Assembly: GCA_964586695.1 (NCBI GenBank)
Contig: CAZPGQ010000004.1
Span: 16,865 to 54,568, forward strand
DNA length: 37,704 nucleotides
Direction: 5' to 3'
Source: an uncultured Candidatus Saccharibacteria bacterium
Lineage (GTDB): Bacteria > Patescibacteriota > Minisyncoccia > Phycocordibacterales > DATDWN01
A program made the position numbers and the translations under genes. The notes below the pieces were generated by a model that was not told the DNA's origin, did no database searches, and saw only the letters and a list, made by a program, of their open reading frames with translations. This document shows, one piece after another, positions 16,242-23,268 of this stretch (its first letter is position 1; each line of letters opens with the position of its first letter).

Positions 16242-18125
16242 TTAAGCCTTCTTTAACTGATAATGCTTTGTACTGCCTGTTTCCAGATATTTCAATAGTT
16301 TTTTTATTGGTGTAGTTGCCACACACACAACCTTATCACCTCCGCCATAATATACAAATAAATCATCACCTCGGATAAGAGCCCCCGAAGCATAAACTAC
16401 TCCGGGTTTACCATCATTCTCATAATGAACATCTGGAGAGAGTATAGGATGGATAGAACGGTGCAAAACCTTTGTTGGGTCATCTTTATCTAGAATCATT
16501 GCTCCAAGTCTATATTTATCTGTACTATGTTTTTCGAGTGCATGATAAAGCAAGAGCCAACCAAGCTCAGTTTTAACAGGTGGTGGACCAGAACCTTTCA
16601 GCAAAAAATCCCAAGAATTTTTCCTACCAGGTTGTGGCCCTTCTGGTCGAGGACTGTAAATAATATCATTGAACTTATCTAAATCATCTACATAATCAAC
16701 CAAAACTTTTGGACTGATACTGTGAAGAACAGCAAACTTACCGTTGATTTTTTCTGGGAAAATTAACCAGTTTTTACTTCGGTTTTCTGGAGATGAAATT
16801 AGTTTTGGCTTTTTCCAATTCCAATTACCGGCCTTAAAATCTTTTAGGCTTATTGAAGTCAAAGCAATACGCATAGAATTCCAACCTTCAAATGCCGTAT
16901 ATACCATATAAACTTTATTATCTATCAAAACAGCTCGAGGATCCTCTGCTCCACCCCAACTACCACCAGAAGTATATATGTAAGGACTATATGATATAGG
17001 GCCCATAACATTTTCTGGATCCGGCATACCATAACCCCTAGAAGCTTCAAACACTGGATATGGAAGTCTATGTGAAAAATCCTTACCATCCAGACTTTTT
17101 GCATAACCAATTCTAGATATTCCATCACCACCGACTGCTCTGTATAAAATATGCACTGTGCCCTCATCATCTTCTATCGCTGCTGGATTAAATGTTCCGT
17201 CACTTTCCCAAACACTTCCATAGATCGGTTCAATAACTGGATTACTATGATATCTATCCATAATCTTTGGATGATGTCTTGCGTCTTCTGCTTCCTTGAA
17301 CAAAGCGGGAATTCTAGTAACAATCAAAGTTCCATCGTGTGTAACCCAATACAAAACCAAAGTACTAGGAAGTGTCGCAAAGCCAAGTGGTTTGATCGGT
17401 CTAGTTTTATCTACAGAATCAACTACACCCTGCCATACAGGCAAATGACTTCTCCATATAATTCTCTTTGGATTATTCAAATCAAAAACAACAGCACCCA
17501 TTTGTAGCAACGTCTTTGACCCTTGCTCAACAGAAGCATCGTATATGAGCAAAATTCCTTCTGTAGTTATTGTTCCACCTATTATCGTTAAATTTTCTGA
17601 ATCAAAATAGCCAACTCTAGATGTAAACATAAGGGATGGCTTTTCTTTCCAAACAGAAAGGGAAATGGAAGCTTGATTTCTAATAAACAGACCATCACGA
17701 TACATTTCAAATTTATCTTTTTGTTTGTCGTAAACTACAGTTGCGTGCTTTGAATCGTTTGCTAGCATCTCCGACTTAACTTCCCATTTATATAAATCCT
17801 TTGACCTAGCTACCACTAGTTTTTCTTTGGTTCGAAGTCCAGCTTTTCTAAAATATGTCATTACAAAACCGTTTGGAGTTTTTGATATAGAAAAGTTATA
17901 ACAAGATTTTATCGTCTCACTCTTTTTACTTAGAGTTTTTATGATAACTTTTCCAGGATCTACAATAAAATCTACACCATTTTTACTCCAAGAAAGAAAA
18001 AGTGTGCTAGATGTCTTACTCTCTTTTTTTTGAAGCAAAATCACGCCATCAGCAACAGCAACCACAGCAATAGGCATCCCGCCTGAATTTTTTAACTTTG
18101 TGGTTTTTGTTGTCGTTTTCTTCAT
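16242..18125 (-). CDS. GH130/DUF377-type protein with a divergent extra N-terminal propeller-like half
   Basis: C-terminal half: SNPVIEP...WESDGTFNPAAIEDDEGTVHILYRAVG, GGAEDPRAVLIDNKVYMVYTAF, KTELGWLLLYHAL, RLGAMILDKDDPTKVL, FVYYGGGDKVVCVAT. N-terminal half keeps only MGAVVFDLNNPKRI-type strands. Confidence 0.8.
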   Translation of the reverse strand: MKKTTTKTTKLKNSGGMPIAVVAVADGVILLQKKESKTSSTLFLSWSKNGVDFIVDPGKVIIKTLSKKSETIKSCYNFSISKTPNGFVMTYFRKAGLRTKEKLVVARSKDLYKWEVKSEMLANDSKHATVVYDKQKDKFEMYRDGLFIRNQASISLSVWKEKPSLMFTSRVGYFDSENLTIIGGTITTEGILLIYDASVEQGSKTLLQMGAVVFDLNNPKRIIWRSHLPVWQGVVDSVDKTRPIKPLGFATLPSTLVLYWVTHDGTLIVTRIPALFKEAEDARHHPKIMDRYHSNPVIEPIYGSVWESDGTFNPAAIEDDEGTVHILYRAVGGDGISRIGYAKSLDGKDFSHRLPYPVFEASRGYGMPDPENVMGPISYSPYIYTSGGSWGGAEDPRAVLIDNKVYMVYTAFEGWNSMRIALTSISLKDFKAGNWNWKKPKLISSPENRSKNWLIFPEKINGKFAVLHSISPKVLVDYVDDLDKFNDIIYSPRPEGPQPGRKNSWDFLLKGSGPPPVKTELGWLLLYHALEKHSTDKYRLGAMILDKDDPTKVLHRSIHPILSPDVHYENDGKPGVVYASGALIRGDDLFVYYGGGDKVVCVATTPIKKLLKYLETGSTKHYQLKKA

Positions 18126-18137
18126 TTTTTAAAAAAC

Positions 18138-18476
18138 TTATCTATTATACTTGTCCTCCAACCTAACTATATCGTTTTCATCAAACTGCCCCTCTGATAT
18201 CTCCAAAACTACAACATTATCTACAGGAGCAGAAATTCTATGATTTGTATGAGGCTCAATTAAAAACTCTTCACCCTCTTTTGGTTGAAATGATTTGTCG
18301 CCCACAATAATGTCTGGGTGACCAGATATTATTTTCCAAAACTCTTGTCTATGTGTATGATATTGCAAACTAAATTCTTCTCCCTTGTTTATATACAATA
18401 GTTTTACAGTTGATGGTTCATTATTTGTAAAACGTGTAAATGACCCCCATGGTCTTTTGGTGGTTTCTGGATTCAT
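18138..18476 (-). CDS. Cupin-type mannose-6-phosphate isomerase (type II PMI / ManC C-terminal-like)
   Basis: KRPWGSFTRF...VKLLYINKGEEFSLQYHTHRQEFWKIISG...HRI...LEISEGQFDENDIVRLEDKYNR. Confidence 0.8.
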   Translation of the reverse strand: MNPETTKRPWGSFTRFTNNEPSTVKLLYINKGEEFSLQYHTHRQEFWKIISGHPDIIVGDKSFQPKEGEEFLIEPHTNHRISAPVDNVVVLEISEGQFDENDIVRLEDKYNR

Positions 18477-18477
18477 A

Positions 18478-18504
18478 GTTTTATTTTATCACGTAAAATA
18501 AAAC
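18478..18504. promoter_or_regulatory. 27-nt AT-rich perfect inverted repeat between the PMM-like and PMI genes
   Basis: GTTTTATTTTA-TCACG-TAAAATAAAAC, an 11-bp perfect stem with a 5-nt loop, immediately upstream of the PMI start codon (18476). Confidence 0.4.
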
Positions 18505-18527
18505 TTAGCTGATAAAACTGTTGATAT

Positions 18528-19280
18528 CTATATGTATTGTTTAAGTATTTCCAAAGTATCAGATGGGTCGTCAGGCTGAATAAAATCAACATCAGTCTTT
18601 TTTACCGGCGCATCATTACCCCCTTTATACAAAGCATCCCCAACGAACATAATCTCATCATCTGTAACATTTAAAAGTTTTCTAATTTTGCCAATAGCAT
18701 AGGCCTTATCTATTCCAAGTTTTGTTACGTCTATAGAACTCATACCGCCGATTCTAATATCAAATTCAGGTATCTTTTTCTTTAAAAGACTGACGAGTAA
18801 ACCACGTTTTAATCTATCTGGATCCCAAGCACCCTTAACATCTGCAGGAGCCTCCTGACCGCGACCAGAAAAAGTAACTTGTGTACCCCTATCTTCCAAT
18901 ATTTCCCCATATGAACCAGACAGATCATAACCTGACTCCAAAATAGCCTCACCAAAAGCATTCATTATTTTTTTTATTTCTTCAGGGGCAAGTCTCTCTT
19001 CATATAACATTTTCCATTCGCTGGATTCTTCATCATATTTGTAACTAGTACTGCCCATTGTTGGGAACAAATATAGATTCTTTAAAAACTCTTTTGGCGC
19101 AGAGAAGCTAGAAAGAAACTGCTTTTGAAACTGCCCATATGCCCCGCCTGATATAACAGCAATATAGTATTTTTCTAAAAGTTTCGCCAAAACTTCTGAC
19201 ATTTCTTCTGTTAATTTTGATTTACTCTCTGCTAATGTACCATCCAAGTCAAAAGCAATTACTTTTTTGTTATTTATCAT
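18528..19280 (-). CDS. HAD-IIB hydrolase, eukaryote-type phosphomannomutase (Sec53/PMM)-like
   Basis: VIAFDLDGTLAESKSKLTEEM...IAVISGG...SIDVTKLGIDKAYA...FVGDALYKGGNDAPV. Confidence 0.7.
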   Translation of the reverse strand: MINNKKVIAFDLDGTLAESKSKLTEEMSEVLAKLLEKYYIAVISGGAYGQFQKQFLSSFSAPKEFLKNLYLFPTMGSTSYKYDEESSEWKMLYEERLAPEEIKKIMNAFGEAILESGYDLSGSYGEILEDRGTQVTFSGRGQEAPADVKGAWDPDRLKRGLLVSLLKKKIPEFDIRIGGMSSIDVTKLGIDKAYAIGKIRKLLNVTDDEIMFVGDALYKGGNDAPVKKTDVDFIQPDDPSDTLEILKQYI

Positions 19281-19327
19281 AATATGCTAACATTGTAACA
19301 TACAAGCAAAACGATTTTCACCCAAAA

Positions 19328-19759
19328 ATGACTAAACATATACTAGATTTCTTTGATAAGTTAGAAGACAAGACCAGAGCAAAACTTAGTCATTTTCCTA
19401 TTTTTTACGCCCTTATTGGTGGTATTGGTGTTGTTCTATTTTGGAGAGGTGTCTGGCACACGACAGACTTTCTGACTATGTGGCTATTGGATAAAGCAGA
19501 ATTCACATTATTTAATATTGTAGACGGACCACTTTCATTTATTGTTGGCACTATCGTATTACTTATGACTGGTGTATACGTCTCAGCTTTTATAGGAAAC
19601 AGACTTATTATTACTGGACTTTCAGGTGAGAAAAAATTAACAGAGAAGACAAAAGAAGAAATTGAAACCGAAGAAGACAAAATAAACAGAATGCAGAAAA
19701 CTCTAAACCGAATGGAGCAAAAGATTGAAGAAATAGACTCTGAAATAAGCCACAAATAA
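19328..19759 (+). CDS. Hypothetical 2-3 TM membrane protein with C-terminal coiled coil
   Basis: FPIFYALIGGIGVVLFWRGVWH, a second TM, then an EEIETEEDKINRMQKTLNRMEQKIEEI tail. No family recognised. Confidence 0.4.
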   Translation: MTKHILDFFDKLEDKTRAKLSHFPIFYALIGGIGVVLFWRGVWHTTDFLTMWLLDKAEFTLFNIVDGPLSFIVGTIVLLMTGVYVSAFIGNRLIITGLSGEKKLTEKTKEEIETEEDKINRMQKTLNRMEQKIEEIDSEISHK

Positions 19760-19760
19760 A

Positions 19761-20207
19761 CTATTTGTTTATTTTATTTAAGATTTCCTCCAAAACGTCA
19801 TTTTGATTCTCTAAATGAGTTAGTATATTTTCTATCTCATCCTCAGCCTTTTTATTTACCTCGAAATCAGCTTCCGCTCTCGCCTCTGCGTGTTGCCCCT
19901 GCATATTCTGACCTATCAAAATAAGTGGCATAAGAAATATCTGTATCAAGTTTGAAATAAATAGCCAAAATACAAAAGCTGGATATGGATCAAACTGTAA
20001 TTCCTTTGGACCTAACACATTCCAACTAAGCCAAGAAACTGTCCAGATAAGTATAATCAAAAAGAAACCCATAGTACCAACATGTGCTGTTATCCAAACA
20101 GCAAAACGGTAAAGCGGGCTCAGATTCTGCTTATGTTCCAAATTTACATTTCTGATTGGTTTCCTATTCTTTTTTATTTCCTCCAAAGATACAACTTGTC
20201 TTTTCAT
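19761..20207 (-). CDS. DUF1003 family membrane protein
   Basis: FDPYPAFVFWLFISNLIQIFLMPLILIGQNMQGQHAEARAEADFEVNKKAEDEI matches the DUF1003 pattern. Confidence 0.7.
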   Translation of the reverse strand: MKRQVVSLEEIKKNRKPIRNVNLEHKQNLSPLYRFAVWITAHVGTMGFFLIILIWTVSWLSWNVLGPKELQFDPYPAFVFWLFISNLIQIFLMPLILIGQNMQGQHAEARAEADFEVNKKAEDEIENILTHLENQNDVLEEILNKINK

Positions 20208-20216
20208 ATTATTTAA

Positions 20217-20777
20217 TTATATAGCCTTAGCGATCAAACCGATAGCTAATATCCCCAGAAAGTTAAAAATGAGTGATACGGGAATAAAGGCTGTTGTTTT
20301 CATCTTAGAAAAACCCAAAAGGCTTATACCCAATTCGTCTGGGAATGGTGATGCGATTATTATTCCACCCAACATAAACGTAAGCCATCTAAAATATTTT
20401 AGTCTAAATAGTGTATGATATCTTTTCCATATAGAGTTATGTTCTACAAGTTCAACAAAGTGGACAGAAAGCTTGTCTCTTATAAATTGAAATATAATTA
20501 TGTCCCCCAAAACAGCTCCCAAGGCACCAAAAATAGCCGTGGTAAACACAGAACTATTTTGAGCAATCTGCCCTAGGGTTACTATTGCTGGTGCAGTAGT
20601 AAAAATAGAAGTAAAAAACATACCAGCCATAAAACTGCCTAGAAATTTGAAATCTGATGTAGATCCCAGCAAATCTGCAAGTATATTTGCCTTTACCACA
20701 ACAACAGCCAGCAAAATACTGAGTGCTATGATAGACAAATCATGCAGAAATAGACTATTTTTATTTTCCGAAACCAT
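20217..20777 (-). CDS. Hypothetical polytopic membrane protein
   Basis: 186 aa, about 5 TM, PFPDELG loop. No family recognised. Confidence 0.4.
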   Translation of the reverse strand: MVSENKNSLFLHDLSIIALSILLAVVVVKANILADLLGSTSDFKFLGSFMAGMFFTSIFTTAPAIVTLGQIAQNSSVFTTAIFGALGAVLGDIIIFQFIRDKLSVHFVELVEHNSIWKRYHTLFRLKYFRWLTFMLGGIIIASPFPDELGISLLGFSKMKTTAFIPVSLIFNFLGILAIGLIAKAI

Positions 20778-20863
20778 AATTATTTACCTTTCTTTGGTTT
20801 CTTTTTTTCTTTTTTGTGTGTTTCTCCTTTTGCCATAGAAATATTATATCAATAAGTTAAATT

Positions 20864-21166
20864 TTAGTCTTTCTTTTTATCCAGTTTATCTAGTTTCAAC
20901 AAAGTAACACCAAAATAGACAACAAGTGCAACGATAACAAAATCTATAAATACACTAATAAAATCTCCGTACATTATGCGTGCAGATCCTATACCAAATG
21001 AAGCTGTCTTGAGCCCCCCAACAGCACCCAAAGCAAGACCCAAGACTGGGTTGATAATATCTGTAACAATAGCAGTTACAACTTTTGAAACTGCACCTCC
21101 TAAAATAAAACCTACCGCCAAGCCAACAACACCCTGTTCACGAATAAAGTTTACAAATCCCTTCAT
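20864..21166 (-). CDS. mscL: Large-conductance mechanosensitive channel MscL
   Basis: MKGFVNFIREQGVVGLAVGFILGGAVSKVVTAIVTDIINPVLG...YGDFISVFIDFVIVALVVYF. Confidence 0.9.
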   Translation of the reverse strand: MKGFVNFIREQGVVGLAVGFILGGAVSKVVTAIVTDIINPVLGLALGAVGGLKTASFGIGSARIMYGDFISVFIDFVIVALVVYFGVTLLKLDKLDKKKD

Positions 21167-21186
21167 AAATTTAAATTAACTAATAA

Positions 21187-22095
21187 TTATTTAAATAACA
21201 TTGTACCACTATCCAATTTTAATTCTAATACCAATTCACCTTTGCTTGTAAACATATAACTATCCACCTGAGATAGGGCTTTTGTGAATTCTGACTCTTG
21301 TGAACCGTCACAATACATAAGTGTCGATATCATTTTATCTAGGACAATCTTATTTTTTGTAACTTTATACTCTCCACCCACACCGTTGCAGTCTGTTGTT
21401 GCAGAAAATGTTCCGTCGTCTTTGAAAGTTAATAAAAATGAAGTTAAATTTTTTGGCAAAATTCTTGTGTCATCATTATAAAGTGTTGAAACCCAGCTCC
21501 ATTTTTTCATACCAAGCGTCATCTTTGATGGATCTGCTTCACCCTCAAAATTCTGGACCACTTCACCTAACTGCATATCCTTTAGATCAAGTTTGAACCA
21601 CAAACTTTTACCCAATGAAGGTTCTACAGCAAAACTTTCCCCAGGATTTCTATCTGCATAATTTACCACTATAAAACCCTTTTCATTTATATTTGTAGTT
21701 TGTGGAGATATTCTGTCTCCAATAAAAGCAGAACCAGAACCAATATAACCACTCTCTTTGTTAAGACCTACAACCAAATAGTAAAATGTTCCTGACCCAC
21801 CACCCTGTTTTGTCAGCAAAAATGCAACATCCTGCCTGCCATCACTATCAAAATCATAAAAAACTTCATTTCCAAAATAGTTAACCAAAATTTTTGATGC
21901 TGAACCCGGAGCTACTTCTTTCTCACTTTTACCATTTACAAGCTCTATACTTTCACCCTCCACAATATACGTGGCATCCTTATAACTTTTTTCTACTTTT
22001 TCGTTCTTATCAACTCGTAAAAAATAAACCGAAGCTACTAATGCAATAACCAGCAACAAAAACAAGATTTTATATATTTTATTCATACTACCCAT
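21187..22095 (-). CDS. Secreted/anchored protein with C-terminal META (HslJ-like) domain
   Basis: N-terminal TM. The C-terminus KKWSWVSTLYNDD...FLLTFKDDGTFSATTDCNGVGGEYKV...ISTLMYCDGSQESEFTKAL fits META. Alternative ATG at 22086. Confidence 0.65.
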   Translation of the reverse strand: MGSMNKIYKILFLLLVIALVASVYFLRVDKNEKVEKSYKDATYIVEGESIELVNGKSEKEVAPGSASKILVNYFGNEVFYDFDSDGRQDVAFLLTKQGGGSGTFYYLVVGLNKESGYIGSGSAFIGDRISPQTTNINEKGFIVVNYADRNPGESFAVEPSLGKSLWFKLDLKDMQLGEVVQNFEGEADPSKMTLGMKKWSWVSTLYNDDTRILPKNLTSFLLTFKDDGTFSATTDCNGVGGEYKVTKNKIVLDKMISTLMYCDGSQESEFTKALSQVDSYMFTSKGELVLELKLDSGTMLFK

Positions 22096-22104
22096 TATAC
22101 CACT

Positions 22105-22644
22105 CTAAAGCCTACAAATGTAAAAGAAGGCGGGTGGTGTATTGAATAATGTAAAACGCACCTTTATATCTTCAAAATGCTTCTTTAGAAAATTATACGA
22201 CTCTGGGAAATATTGAAACTGTAGAAAAACACCATCATCTGACATATTTTTTATAGCGTCTTTTACTATTTCTGATTTGGTTTTATTGTCGAGATTAGAA
22301 AGAGGTATTCCTGAAATAATAGCCTCTGCTTTTTCACCATTTAAATATCTTGAAATATTTGTGGCAGAATCTGGAATCAAAGTCATTCTTGTGTCATCTA
22401 TTCTACTTAACTTTTTTATAAAAACTTTATCAATCTCAAATACAAACAGCTTTGCTTCTGGATGCATTTTCTTCAAGATCTCTTTTGTAAAAGAACCACT
22501 GCCGGCACCAAGTTCCACGACCAACCTTACGGAGTTCCAATCAACCTCTTCGAGCATATCTTCTACAAGAAAAATAGAGCTGGGCATTATTGCACCAACT
22601 TGACGCCACTTTTTGATAAATTGAAAAATAAAAGAGTCTCCCAT
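22105..22644 (-). CDS. Class I SAM-dependent methyltransferase (small, COG3963/PmtA-like)
   Basis: WRQVGAIMPSS..., motif I VVELGAGSGSFT, GIPLSNL. Start placed at MGDSFIF (22642-22644); the track start 22686 is TTG and sits inside the upstream terminator T-run. Confidence 0.75.
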   Translation of the reverse strand: MGDSFIFQFIKKWRQVGAIMPSSIFLVEDMLEEVDWNSVRLVVELGAGSGSFTKEILKKMHPEAKLFVFEIDKVFIKKLSRIDDTRMTLIPDSATNISRYLNGEKAEAIISGIPLSNLDNKTKSEIVKDAIKNMSDDGVFLQFQYFPESYNFLKKHFEDIKVRFTLFNTPPAFFYICRL

Positions 22645-22684
22645 TTGAGCATAACTATAGCACGTAATATGAAATTTCATATAC

Positions 22685-22705
22685 AAAAAAAAGGAGAGCC
22701 CCTCC
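22685..22705 (-). terminator. Putative intrinsic terminator ending the GC-rich TraR transcript
   Basis: Minus strand GGAGGGGCUCUCC (short stem GGAG(G)/(U)CUCC) followed by U8. The stem is weak. Confidence 0.45.
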
Positions 22706-22855
22706 GAAACGACAACGACGATGAGACGACGTGGCGACGACGAACGAGCTTCCCGGGGAAATCACGATTAAACATCAGAAAGAACACGACCGAGGCTGGG
22801 AACCCTCGGGTATTACCTGAGGTGGGATGTTACTACTTGCCAGAGACTAGTCGTA

Positions 22856-23155
22856 CTAGCTCTCGTACTTACTCTGGCAGTCGACACAGCGCGTAGCGTT
22901 TGGAGCAGCACGACGGCGCTTGGCCGGAATCTCCTTGTTGCAGTCTTCACACTCTAGAAGAGTGACTTTCTCATCTTCTCTGAGAGACTTCCCCAACTGT
23001 GCCCCCTTGCGAGCCACTACTGCGACACGCATGTCATTGACATGCATGGCTTCTTCCAACGCTTGCTCAAGCATGCCTCCTCGCCGAGCATCATCCGTCC
23101 TCATGACAGTACCAGCGTCGACAACCCCAACGAACCTAGTTGCTAATCCAACCAT
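22856..23155 (-). CDS. TraR/DksA-family C4 zinc-finger protein, in a compositionally foreign (about 53% G+C) islet
   Basis: CEDC-x17-CVDC with KEIPAKRRRAAPNATRC, the canonical CxxC-x17-CxxC TraR/DksA finger. ATG 23153-23155 has GGAG 6 nt upstream; ATGs at 23191 and 23104 are alternatives. Confidence 0.75.
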   Translation of the reverse strand: MVGLATRFVGVVDAGTVMRTDDARRGGMLEQALEEAMHVNDMRVAVVARKGAQLGKSLREDEKVTLLECEDCNKEIPAKRRRAAPNATRCVDCQSKYES

Positions 23156-23268
23156 ACAACACTCCAATGTTAGACTTCCGGCATTAATCATACATTGGCA
23201 TTTTGATATGTCAATATGTTAGTAGCTTTACATAGAATATTTATTGTCTATTTGATAAACTTAAAACC

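Noticed and set aside
11256-17507. Antisense ORFs inside the GH130 genes (11256-11522, 12195-12557, 16925-17170, 17151-17507)
   Set aside because: They lie wholly within strongly motif-supported minus-strand genes, and their translations have no recognisable features.
22687-23200. The GC-rich patch as a structured RNA gene (RNase P RNA, tmRNA, SRP/4.5S or 6S RNA)
   Set aside because: I looked for signatures of each:
- RNase P: the P4 strands GAGGAAAGUCC and ACAGAA-CCGGCUUA.
- tmRNA: a tag ORF plus a tRNA-Ala-like end.
- SRP: the GGAA/AGCAG domain IV.

None was present on either strand. Two thirds of the patch is explained by the TraR-like CDS. The remaining ~150 nt stays unexplained and is reported as a finding.
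22462-23222. Plus-strand ORFs 22462-22896 and 22920-23222 across the GC-rich islet
   Set aside because: Both are antisense to the methyltransferase and TraR genes. Their translations are Arg/Ser/Thr-rich with no motif, whereas the minus strand gives a perfect C4 zinc finger.
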